From Malacoraja senta (Eukaryota), in NCBI GenBank assembly GCA_038087875.1, contig CM075988.1:5146001-5210000 (forward strand): a DNA stretch of 64,000 nucleotides, written 5' to 3'. Below, piece by piece: positions 38,201 through 50,979 of the stretch. A program made the translations under genes and the position numbers. Numbering within the stretch: position 1 is the first letter of the stretch; every line of letters begins with the position of its first letter. Below the pieces are notes generated by a model, which saw only the letters and a program-made list of their open reading frames with translations, was not told the DNA's origin and did not search any database.

Positions 38201-40373
38201 CTCTCTCGATCCCTCTCCCTTCCTAGTTCTCCGACCAGTCTAACTGTCCTCCTGATTAAATGTTATCTCAGGATGCTTTGTTGTCACCTTCTCCTTGCTA
38301 ACAATGATCTATTCTACATTTACTTGATCCCCATGCCCTTTAATCTCTTGTTTTCACACCTTACTCTTCCTTATCTCTGTCTCCCTCTCCCCTGACTCTC
38401 AGTCTGAAGTATGGGGCTTGACCCGAAACGTCAGCCATTCCTTCTATCCAAGAGTTGCTGCCTGTCCCGTTGAGTTGCTTCAGCATTTTGTGTCTTTCCA
38501 AGATTGTCCAACCTCTCGTTATAGCTAGTACTCCCTAATCCAAGAAGCATTCTGGTAAACCACTTCTGCAACCTCTCCAAAGCCTCCACATCCTTGCTGT
38601 CAAGGGATAGCCAGAACTGTATGCAATACTCCACATAATCGCAAACCATTCGACTTTTATTCTGATTATATTATGAATTGGGAAGAATCTTTGATCAAGC
38701 TCCACATGTAATGAGACTGAAAATAACACTATTCAATATTTATAAAGAAAAATAACAAAAATACCTTTGTTAACTGCTGCTTTATCGAGCCTGATATTTT
38801 ATTTACAAGTACTAAGTGAATTGATCTTTTGCAACAAAAACCAAAGCACAGTAGAGGCACAAGGAATTGCAGATGCTGGTTTACAAAAAAGGAAGCAAAG
38901 TGCTGGAGGAACTCAGCAGGTCAGTTGGCATCTCTGGAGAACATGGATAGGTGAAGTTTCACAGAGTGCTGGAGTAACTCAGCGGGTCAGGCAGCATCTC
39001 TGGAGAACATGGATAGGTGACATTTCGGGTCAGGATCCTTTGGACTCAGGCTGAAGAAAGGTCCCAACCCAAAACGTCATCTCTCCATGACCAACATATA
39101 GTAAAAGATAGACACAGAATGCGGGAGTAACACAACAGGACAGGCAGCATCTCTGGACCCATTCTTTCTACCCAGAGATGCTGCCTGTCCCGCTGAGTTA
39201 TTATCTTCAGTGTAAACCAGCATCTGCAGTTCCTTCCCACACCAACAAATAGTGGGGAAGATTGAAGAAGGGTTTCGGCCCGAAACGTTGCCTATCTCCT
39301 TCGCTCCACAGATGCTGCTGCACCCACTGAGTTTCTCCAGCATTTTTGTGTACCTTCGATTTTCCAGCATCTGCAATTCCTTCTTCAACAACCTGACAAG
39401 ATTATTACGTTTGGATGCATTAGCCTGGCAAAGGCCTGGACAGAGTGAATGTGGAGTGAATGTGGAGAGGATGTTTCCATTAATGGGAGAGTTTTGGACC
39501 AGAGGCCATCATCTCAGAATAAAAGGACGTACCATTAGAAAGGAGATGAGGATACATTTATTTAGTCAGATGGTGGTGAATCTGTAGAATTATTTGCCAC
39601 AGATGGCTGTGGAGGAGAAGTCAATGGATATTTTTAAGGCAGAGATTGACAGATTCTTGATTAATACAGGTGTCAGGGTTTATGGGGAAAAGGCAGGAGA
39701 ATGGGGTTGAGGGGGAAAGATAGATCAGCCATGGTTGAATGACCTAATACTACTCCTAGAACTTATGAACATATAATTAGTTACTTTTTTATTGTCATGC
39801 TGTAGACTTTAGACGAGAGAAACAGCACGGAAATAGGCCCTTTGGCCCACGAGAATGCTCAACCAGTGATCACCCCATATACCAACACTAGCATACACAA
39901 TTGGAACGATTTAGAATATTATCTAAGCCGAGTAGCCCACAAACCTGTACGTCTTTGGAATGTGAGGCGAACCGGAGCCCCTGGGGAAACCCCACGTGGT
40001 CACAGGGAGAAAGTACAAACTCCGTACAGAGATAGTCAGTATCAAACCCGTGTCTCTGGCGATGTAAGGCAGCAACTCTACCGCGGCGTCACTGTGCTGC
40101 CCCACGTACAAAAATATGGTGAAATGCTTGTTCTGCATGCTATGCAATCAAATCATACAATAGATCCTCTGTGGAACATTACGTAAAAGGTCACCGCGTT
40201 CAGGGCACCATCTTGCAACTTCCAAGTCTCTGAAAAGTCCGATCTTGGCCCAAGGAGTTAGATACATATATACATTAGCATACATTATATGTGATAATAT
40301 GCATATATTCATAATGTGTGCATTTTTCTGCAGATAACACATTTATGTGTGTATGTACATATATATATAAATA

Positions 40374-40520
<147 letters not shown>

Positions 40521-40635
40521 ATGTATAGAATTTATATATATTAAATATAATGTTATATATTTATAAAGTATATGTATATAATATTTTATAGCTATATGAA
40601 ATGTAAAATTCTACATATACATATAAATATGTAGG

Positions 40636-40823
40636 TAGACACAAAATGCTGGAGCAAATCAGCGGGACAGGCAGCATCTCTGGAGAGAAGGAATGGGCAA
40701 GGGTTTCGACCCGAAACGTCACCATTCCTTATCTCCAGAGTTGTTGCCTGTCCGGCATTTACTCCAGCATTTTGTGTCTACCTTCGATTTAAACCAGCAT
40801 CTGCAATTCTTTCCTACACATCC
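40636..40823. mobile_element. Fold-back PLE mini-insertion (type A) with 14-bp TSD
   Basis: Palindromic arms; TSD TATAAATATGTAGG at 40622-40635 and 40824-40837. Confidence 0.85.
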
Positions 40824-41403
40824 TATAAATATGTAGGACTGTTTCACACATGAATATATACATAAAGAAAATATTCTTCTGGTTTAAATCTTTAAACAAA
40901 ATCCTTTCACTATATGGATATGGTTTGGGCTGGATTAAATTCCATTTCCTCCTTTCTCGCCTCATTTCTTTCTAATCAATATCATTTACAGAAGTTAAAA
41001 GAAAATTACCAGTGGAACACTTTCCCTGCAACATTAACACTGCCATCAGTACTTTTGGCAAGAAACATACTACTTTTCCTTCCAGATTCTGGTGAAAAAA
41101 TAATTAATTTAACATTGTAATAATGTCTGTATTAATTTCCGACAATGTTTCATATCAAAGTTAATAAACGTGAAACCCATTTACTGGCAAGTGGAGAAAT
41201 TGAGGATCATGAACCATTATCTTAAATTCATAAATCCTTGTGTGAAAAATTATGTCATTTTATAAGAGTCTGATCGGGAAACTAATTATCACCTCACTTC
41301 CAATCAGCATTTCGAAGTTCATTGACAATCAATTGACCCCACATATAAACCAATCAGTATCCAAGGCTGGGAACTTTGCAGTGAGAAAGGAATCAATAAG
41401 CAT

Positions 41404-42205
41404 AGGAGGGAACTGCAGATGCTGGTTTAAACCGAAGATAGACACAAAATGCTGGAGTAACACAGCGGGACAGGCTGCATCCCTGGAGAGAAGGAATTGG
41501 TGACGTTTCGGGTCAAGACCCTTCTTCAGACTTGTCAGTCGAAAGCGAAACGAGAGATATAGACAGTAATGTGGAGCGATATAGAACAACTGAATGGAAG
41601 ATATGCAAAAATGTAACAATGATAAAGGAAACAGTCTATTGTTAGCTGTGTGCTAGGTGAGAACGGGAACCTGGTGCGGTTTGGGTGGGGGAAGGATAGA
41701 GAGAAAGGGCGTGCAGGGGTTACTTGAAGTTAGAGAAATCAATATATTCATACCACTGGGTTGTAAGCTGCCCAAGCGAAATATGTGATGCTCTTCCTCC
41801 AAATTTGCGATTAGCCTCACTCTGACAATGGAGGAGGCCTTGGACAGAAAGGTCAGTGTGGGAATGGTAAGGGGAGTTAAAGTAGACAAAAATGCTGGAG
41901 AAACTCAGAGGGTGAGGCAGTATCTATGGAGCGAAGGAAATAGGCAACGTTTTGGGATGAAACCCTTCCTCAGACTTGAGTCTGAAGAAGGGTTTCGACC
42001 CGAAATGTTGCCTATTTCCTTCGCTCCATAGATGCTGCCTCACCCGCTGAGTTTCTCCAGCATTTTTGTCTACCTTCGATTTTCCAGCATCTGCAGTTCC
42101 TTCTTGAACAGGGTAGTTACCTGAACTCCCGGTTGACAAGCAGTTAAAGTGTTTGTCAACCGGGAAATCAGGTAGGTCCAGGCGGACTGAGCAAAGGTGT
42201 TCAGA
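41404..42205 (-). mobile_element. Neptune PLE 3' fragment containing a nested type-B fold-back mini-insertion (41882-42110)
   Basis: EEEHHIFRLGSLQPSGMN on the minus strand; 3' repeat with tail extension; the PLE sequence resumes at ~42140. Confidence 0.8.
41502..41529 (-). ncRNA. Minimal hammerhead motif (PLE remnant, type A)
   Basis: Minus strand CTGAAGAAGGGTCTTGACCCGAAACGTC. Confidence 0.65.
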
Positions 42206-42639
42206 GAATCATTAACAAACTTGTGGATGGTGCCTTAGGGAGGACCAACCAAAATATGTGTGAAATAGTAACATAAGAACCAAGAATTGCTGAACTTTAC
42301 TAACAGGCTGACAATGGATAGAGAATGGATAATATTTAAGGAATATCAAGGCATTCATTTCTTTCTGGCACAAAAGTATTTAAGAAAAGATGACAAAAAA
42401 ACGTTGCTTACAAAGGTAATTAGGAGAAGTGTTGGAACCAAAGTAGTGGCATATACCAGGAAACGCAACAACCCTAGGGACTGAGAGCTAGTTAGAATTC
42501 AGCAGGGGACAGAAGGATTGATTTGGAAGTGAAGGATGAAATTTGTGAATATGCTTGCAAGAAACATAAAAATTGGCAGTTAAACTTTTTAATAAATATG
42601 TGAAGAGAATAAAGTTTAGAGTCGTAGTGAGAGTGCTAG

Positions 42640-43545
42640 AGTGATACAGCATGGAAACAGGCCCTTCCGCCCAGCCTGCCCACACCAACCAACATGTCCC
42701 ATCTACACTAGTCCCACCTGCCTGCATTTGGCCCATATCCCTCTCAACCCTTCCAATCCGTGTATCTGTCTAAATGTATCTTAAACGTTGAGACAGTACC
42801 TGCCTCAACTAGCTCCTCCAGCAGCTGGTTCCATACACCCACCACATTTTATATGAACAATTTACCACTCAGGTTCTTATTAAATCTATCACTCTTCACC
42901 TTAAACCTATATGCTTTGGTTCTTGATTCCCCCAATCTGGGCATGAGACTCTGTGCATCTGCCCGATCTATTCCTTTTATAATTTTGTACACCTCTATAA
43001 GAATACCCCTCATCCTCCTGCGCTCCAAGGAATAGAGTCCTAGCCTACTCAACCTCTCCATTTAGCTCAGGCCCTCGAGTCCAGGCAACATCCTGGTAAA
43101 TCTTCTCTGCACCCTTTCCAGCTTGACATCTTGACATCTTGACACCTTTCCTATAACATGATGCCCAGAACTGAACACAATACTCTAAAGGTAGACAAAA
43201 ATGCTGGAGAAACTCAGCGGGTGATGCAGCATATAATTGCAACATGACCTCCAAACGTCTATACTCTGACCGATGAAGGTCAATGTGCCAAAAGCCTTTT
43301 GGACCACTCTATCTACCTGTGGTGCTACTTTAAAATAACTATGTACCTGCTCTCCTAGATCTTTACAACACTCCCCTGGAGCCCTACCATTCACTGTGTA
43401 GGTCCTGCCCATGTTAGTCTTCCCAAAATGCAACACCTCATGTCTCTCTGTGTTAAATTCTATCAACCGTTCCTCAGCCCACCTGCCCAAGCGATGAAGA
43501 TCCTGCTGCAATATTTGACAACTATCTTTACTATCTACAATTTAC
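42640..43545 (-). mobile_element. CR1 3' fragment
   Basis: QQDLHRLGRWAEE, LEYCVQFWAS, LGLYSLERRRMRG. Confidence 0.85.
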
Positions 43546-46500
43546 TATTGAGAGGCTTTTAGATAGGCAACTGAATATGCAGGGAATGGAGAGATAGGGT
43601 TCATATACAAGTAGAGGGGATGAGTTGAACTGAGCATTATGTTCAGCACAGTGAGCCAAAGGGCCTTTCCCTGTGATATTCTTTCTTCTATGTTTTGCGA
43701 ATGATACTTCAGATGAATTCACTTCAAATAAAAACTGAGCTTGCTGAGCAGAGAGCCAAGCAACTACAGACAGCTTGTGGTGATGGTTGCAATGCTTCCC
43801 TGCTGCGGTGCAAGGATGATCGTTCATGCTGATGGCTTCCTGCTAGGAGGAGAACATTTGGGATTTGTGTTGGTGGGTATTTAAAAAGCAGACACGGTTT
43901 TGCACCCAAACTTTTCACCATTCCTCCGATAACCCTCCCTCACCTCATGATATTGTAGAATGATACTATGTTAATGTCTGATGCCTCTGCCACCTTTGGT
44001 CCTGGGTGTGAATTGATGCACATTAGTGACCAAAGCATTTTAATTTAGTCTATTATTGTCATGTGCACCGAGGTACAGTGAAAAGTTTTTTTGTTGCATG
44101 CTATCCAGTCAGCGAAAAGAATATACATGATTACAATGGGGCGGCACAGTGACACGGTGGTAGAGTTGCTGCCTTACCGCGCCAGAGACCTGGGTTCAAT
44201 CCTCACAACGGGTGTTGTCTGTACGGAGTTTGTACATTCCTCCTGTGACCACATGGGTTTTCTCCTGGTGCTCTGGTTTGTTCCCACACTCCAAAGACAT
44301 GCAGATTTGTAAGTTAATTGTTTTTTGGTAATTTGTCCCTAGTGTGTGGGATAGAACTAATGTCTGGGGGGTCGTTGGTCGGCAGGCCAAAGGTGGGACA
44401 TTGTATCTCTAAACCAAAATAAAAACCAAATCAAGTCTTCCACTGTATACGGATACAGGATAAGAGAATAACATTTAGTGCAAGGTAAAGTCCAGTAAAG
44501 TCTGATAAAAGATAGTTCGAAGGTCTCCAATGAGATGGGAAGTCAGGACCACCTCTGGTTGCTTCAGTTGCCTGATAGCAGCTCGGAAGAAACTGTCCCT
44601 GAATCTGGAGGTGTACATTTCCACACGTCTGTACCTCTTGCCTGAAGGGAGAGGGGAGAAGATGGAGTGACTGGTCCTTGATTATGCTGCTGGCTTTGCC
44701 GAGCAGCAGCAAGTGAAAGATCAACTGCCCTACGGAGCTATCCATTGATAATGTTCAGTAGAAGGAATCTTAAAGGAGAAGTTGGACAAACATAGATTGT
44801 TTTCCCTGGAAGATCTGAGGCTGAGGGGAGACCTGAATGATTGAATACTTTGCTGTCACATGTGACAAGGCACAGTGAAATTCTTTGCTTGCGTACTCAA
44901 GGTATACAAATAGTCGCCACATAAGGGCGCTGACAGAGGTACAAAGCATCTGCGCCAGGGCCCCCTTAGTTCTCCCCCTCCCCCACACCCCACCCCCTTC
45001 CTCACGGCGGGATCTCCCAGCCATGGTGGAAGTATACACAATCATGTAAAGGCATGGATAGGTTAGATAGTCAAAACTTTTTTCCCAGGGTTCAAAATGT
45101 CAAAGGCCACAGGGCATAGCTTTTATGTGAGACGGAAAAAGTTTAAAGGAGATGTGTGGGACAATATTTTTAAGCAGACAGTAGAGTGCTCCTGGAATGT
45201 TCTTCCAGCTGTGGCTGTGGAAGCAGATATAATAGTCTTTTTTTAAAGAGGCTTTTCGATAGGCACATGGGCTTTTCAATACCACAACCAGAGAGCAGTG
45301 CTCTTTGGTGACCCTTGAACTATCCTTGATTGGACTCTGCTGGCTTTACCTTGCACTAAACGTTGATTCCTTACCATGTGTCTATACACTGTAAATGGAT
45401 CGATTGTAATCATGTATTGTCTTTCTGCTGACTGGTTAGCACGCAACAAAAGCTCTTCACTCTACAGGTGACAATAATCTGAATTTGACATGGGTACATA
45501 AGGATTGGAGGGATATGGATCATTTGCTGGGAGATGAGGCTAGATTTAACCTGACATCGTTCAGCCTGGAAATTGTGGGCTGAAGGGCCTGTTCGGATCT
45601 GTACCGATCTATGTTCTATGTTCTGAGTGAAAGGATGGCTGGAGCAAGTGTACCTCTAGCCTGCATTAGGGTATTATTCATTAATAGAAAACAGAATCTG
45701 TTTCAACTATGGATAGTTGCTCTGCTGAAGGATAAATTACTTGGTTTTTAAGGCATGACCAAAGTAGCGAATGGAGAACACTATGTGGAGCACTATCATA
45801 CGATACGATATGATAGAACTTTATTTATCCCAGGAGGGAAATTAGGCTGCCCACAGTCATACACGAAACATGAAATTAAAGTGACCAGTGGAAAGTCCAG
45901 GATTAGGAAGTGTATTGGGTGGGGGGGGGGGGGGGGGCAGGAAGGGGAGTCAGTCTACCCCACGACAGAAGGGGGAGGTGTTGTACAGGCTGATAACCAC
46001 AGGGGAAAAGGATCTCCTGTGGCGTATTTATATTACATATTTATATCTCTCAGAATCCCAAAACTAGGCACTTTGACATTGACTGCAAATTTCAGAATGA
46101 CGAGAACATCTGCCCATCATGGAACAAAATGGGCTCAAGTGACGAAGTAGAAAGGGTAAAGGTCAATGGGATGATCAGTGACTGGGAGTTAGGTGTACGC
46201 TGGGTTCCACAGGGCTCTACTCCAGGGCTCTGCTGGTCCATGATGACTATGTCGAAATAAGGCTGTCGGTGAGTGAGGTGGGCTGTTGGAGAACGAGGAG
46301 TGCCGTCAGTGAGTGCCGAACACACCAAGAGAGGACCCGGCAGCAGCAGCTGAGCACGGAGGTCGGATGCCAGAGGTCGGACGGGCCTGCGGTAGGTGAC
46401 ATAGGTTGATCGACCTGAAATGTCACCCACTCCTTCTCTCCAAAGATGCTGCCTGTCCCGCTGAGTTATACTAGCACTTTGTCTCTATCTTCAGTTTAAA

Positions 46501-47138
46501 CCAGCATCTGCAGTTCCTTCCTACTTGCTTGGCCTTGTCCCAGTCCCACCTCTCTTCAAGCTTTCTTCCCCCTTACTACAATCAGTTTGAAGAAGTGACC
46601 CACCCAAAATATCACCTATCCATGCTTGACCCAACGTTTCGATAGTCACAAAATACACTTATCCATGGCAAGAACATTATCCCTCAGCTAAGGACATTAA
46701 ACGTGCACACATAACTCCAAATTAGATCTCACCAAGACTCAATATTGTTACAGCAATTCGTCCTTGATCCTGTGCTTGAATCAACCAAGAGTGATAAACC
46801 TCATACCATTTTCCTTCCTCTCTGGGAAGTTATTTGTGTTCTTTTTCTTTGTACCCAATTATAATTTCCCTGGAGATAGACACAAAAAGCTGGGGCGGAT
46901 CTCAACGGGTCAAGCAGCATCTCTGGAGAAAAGGAATCGGTGACATTTCGGGTCGAGATTCTTTTTCACACTCCGAGTCTGAAGGAGGGCCTCGACCCGA
47001 AACGTCACCTACTGTATGTCTTTTCTCCAGAAATGCTGTCTGACCCGCAGATTTACTCCTGCATTTTGTGTCTACCTTTGGTGTAAACTAGCATCTGCAG
47101 TTCCTTCCAACACATTTTGTCGGGCCCACAGTTTGTCC

Positions 47139-50100
47139 TTTTTTGTAAACCAGCACCTGCAGTTCTTGCTTATGCGTTGTCCAAGTAATTAATAATTCTG
47201 ATTGCAGCTTCTTTAACTCTCCCCACTTCTGTGGTTAAACTGAAAGCTCTGTTTAAACATAAGGAACTGCAGGTGCTAGTTTACAAAAAACAACACAAAA
47301 TGCTGGATTGACTCAGCAGGTCAGGCAGCATCTCTGGATAGGTCTGCATTTATTGGTTTATCCCCACATTCCTTTTGTACAACAATGTAACATTTGCAAT
47401 CTACTGGTCCTCCTGCATCAAGTGCATCTTTACATTAGAATTACATTACAGGTAGAGGGTGGAAACAAGCCCTTTGGCCCACCGAGTCCACTCTGACCAG
47501 CAATCACCCCGTACACTAGCACTACCCTACACACTAGGGACAATTTACAATTTTACGAAAACCAATCAATCTACAAACCTGCGAGTCTTTGGAGTACGGG
47601 AGGAAACGTGAGCACCCAGAGAAAACCCACATGGTCACGGGGAGAACGTACAGACTCTGTACAAACAGCACCCATAATCAGGATCAAACCCAGGTCTCTT
47701 GCACTGTAAGTTGCTACTCATTCAAGTCTATAAACGTTCGGAAGATTGAAGTTGTTACATTTACCTCTATTCCCAAAACAACCTTGAATCCATTCTGTAC
47801 CAAGTGATTTATCCAGTGCAGTGTAAATAGCCTTTCATATACCTTTGCTTTATCAATTTCTGGCCCATGGTCACGGGGAGAACGTACAGACTCTAGTAAG
47901 ATTAAATGAGAACTTACCAGTTTGAAGTTTGATCTGTATTTTATGAGGAGTTACGATGAGGGATTACGTGAAGAAGCCCGCCAGACGCATGCGCGTCAAT
48001 CTTCAAAGCAGCGGTGTGAAAACACAGATAACAGTTGATGAACTGAGTATAGTAAGATTCGAGAAAGTAGAACTATCAGCTGATCCTTATGAGAGAGGGT
48101 TGGGAGCGGCGGGCACGTAATGGTCCTCATAAAATAAAGATCAAACTTCAAACTGGTAAGTTCTCGTTTAATCTTACTATTAACCTACAATACTGTTCAT
48201 CTTTGGAGTGTGGGAGGAAACCGGAGCACCCGGGGAAAACCCACGCAGGTCATAGGGAGAACGTACAAACTGCGTACAGACAGCACCCGCAGTCAGGATC
48301 GAACCCGGTTCTCTGTTGCTCTAAGGCAGCAGCTTTATCGTTGCACCACCATGCCGCCAGAGGTATATTTTTTTATAGTGGATCTCTAGAGAATATCAGG
48401 GATATTGTTTTGGATGGGTAGATGTGAAATATGGCTAATTAACTTCTCCAAAGTCGGGAGAAGTAAATATGTGAATTTTCTTTTTGTTTCAAGCCTACAA
48501 TTGAACTGGGTTATGCTAGTAATGATTGTAAGCTAAATGCTTCTTTTATTACTCGATTATTGACCAAGTCTGGTTCAATGCTCAATACCAGGTAAGATAC
48601 GACCTGTACTCTTGCTGATACCATTACGTACTGCTGCACAAGATTATTCTTGAAACGACTGAGAATGTTTATTGCTTTATTGATGATGTTCCTTCTTCTA
48701 CCAATCTATATAAACAGAAGAAACAACAACATGTTGTACTGCAATACTTTAAAGCCCTTAACATATCCTAAGGTGCTTCCAAATGGGCCAGAAATTGATA
48801 AAGCAAAGGTATATGAAAGGCTATTTACACTGCACTGGATAAATCACTTGGTACAGAATGGATTCAAGGTTGTTTTGGGAATAGAGGTAAATGTAACAAC
48901 TTCAATCTTCCGAACGTTTATAGACTTGAATGAGTAGCAACTTACAGTGCAAGAGACCTGGGTTTGATCCTGATTATGGGTGCTGTTTGTACAGAGTCTG
49001 TACGTTCTCCCCGTGACCATGTGGGTTTTCTCTGGGTGCTCACGTTTCCTCCCGTACTCCAAAGACTCGCAGGTTTGTAGATTGATTGGTTTTGGTAAAA
49101 TTGTAAATTGTCCCTAGTGTGTACGGTAGTGCTAGTGTACGGGGTGATTGCTGGTCAGAGTGGACTCGGTGGGCCAAAGGGCTTGTTTCCACCCTCTACC
49201 TGTAATGTAATTCTAATGTAAAGATGCACTTGATGCAGGAGGACCAGTAGATTGCAAATGTTACATCGTTGTACTAAAGGAATGTGGGGAGAAACCAATA
49301 AATGCAGACCTATCCAGAGATGCTGCCTGACCTGCTGTCAATCCAGCATTTTGTGTTGTTTTTTGTAAACTAGCACTTTCAGTTCCTTGTGTTTAAACAG
49401 AGCTTTCAGTTTAACCACAGAAGTGGGGAGAGTTAAAGAAGCTGCAATCAGAATTATTAATTACTTGGACAACGCATAAGCAAGAACTGCAGGTGCTAGT
49501 TTACAAAAAACAACACAAAATGCTGGATTGACTCAGCAGGTCAGGCAGCATCTCTGGATAGGTCTGCATTTCTTGGTTTCTCCCCACATTCCTTTAGTAC
49601 AACGATGTAACATTTGCAATCTACTGGTCCTCCTGCATCAAGTGCATCTTTACATTAGAATTACATTACAGGTAGAGGGTGGAAACAAGCCCTTTGGCCC
49701 ACCGAGTCCACTGTGACCAGCAATCACCCCGTACACTAGCACTACCCTACACACTAGGGACAATTTACAATTTTACCAAAACCAATCAATCTACAAACCT
49801 GCGAGTCTTTGGAGTACGGGAGGAAACGTGAGCACCCAGAGAAAACCCACATGGTCACGGGGAGAACGTACAGACTCTGTACAAACAGCACCCATAATCA
49901 GGATCAAACCCAGGTCTCTTGCACTGTAAGTTGCTACTCATTCAAGTCTATAAACGTTCGGAAAATTTAAGTTGTTACATTTACCTCTATTCCCAAAACA
50001 ACCTTGAATCCATTCTGTACCAAGTGATTTATCCAGTGCAGTGTAAATAGCCTTTCATATACCTTTGCTTTATCAATTTCTGGCCCATTTGGAAGCACCT

Positions 50101-50979
50101 TAGGATATGTTAAGGGCTTTAAAGTATTGCAGTACAACATGTTGTTGTTTCTTCTGTTTATATAGATTGGTAGAAGAAGGAACATCATCAATAAAGCAAT
50201 AAACATTCTCAGTCGTTTCAAGAATAATCTTGTGCAGCAGTATGTAATGGTATCAGCAAGAGTACAGGTCGTATCTTACCTGGTATTGAGCATTGAACCA
50301 GACTTGGTCAATAATCGAGTTATAAAAGAAGCATTTAGCTTACAATCATTACTAGCATAACCCAGTTCAATTGTAGGCTTGAAACAAAAAGAAAATTCAC
50401 ATATTTACTTCTCCCGACTTTGGAGAAGTTAATTAGCCATATTTCACATCTACCCATCCAAAACAATATCCCTGATATTCTGTAGAGATCCACTATAAAA
50501 AAATATACCACTGGCGGCATGGTGGCGCAACGATAAAGCTGCTGCCTTAGAGCAACAGAGAACCGGGTTCGATCCTGACTGCGGGTGCTGTCTGTACGTA
50601 GTTTGTACGTTCTCCCTATGACCTGCGTGGGTTTTCCCCGGGTGCTCCGGTTTCCTCCCACACTCCAAAGATGAACAGTATTGTAGGTTAATAGTAAGAT
50701 TAAATGAGAACTTACCAGTTTGAAGTTTGATCTTTATTTTATGAGGAGTTACGATGAGGGATTACGTGAAGAAGCCCGCCAGACGCATGCGCGTCAATCT
50801 TCAAAGCAGCGGTGTGAAAACACAGATAACAGTTGATGAACTGAGTATAGTAAGATTCGAGAAAGTAGAACTATCAGCTGATCCTTATGAGAGAGGGTTG
50901 AGAACGGCGGGCACGTAATGGTCCTCATAAAATAAAGATCAAACTTCGAACTGGTAAGTTCTCGTTTAGTCTTACTATT
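47139..50979. repeat. Direct-inverted-direct local triplication
   Basis: 47264-47868 = 49484-50088 (direct); 47895-48181 = 50693-50979 (direct); ~48124-49497 is the reverse complement of the same segment plus 47155-47263. The identical 72-aa and 84/95-aa ORFs on opposite strands in the ORF track confirm this. Confidence 0.92.

Noticed and set aside
47895..48181. Apparent stand-alone mini-DIRS with inverted termini
   Set aside because: It copies 50693-50979, including that copy's private ICR deletion, and is better explained as part of the triplication.
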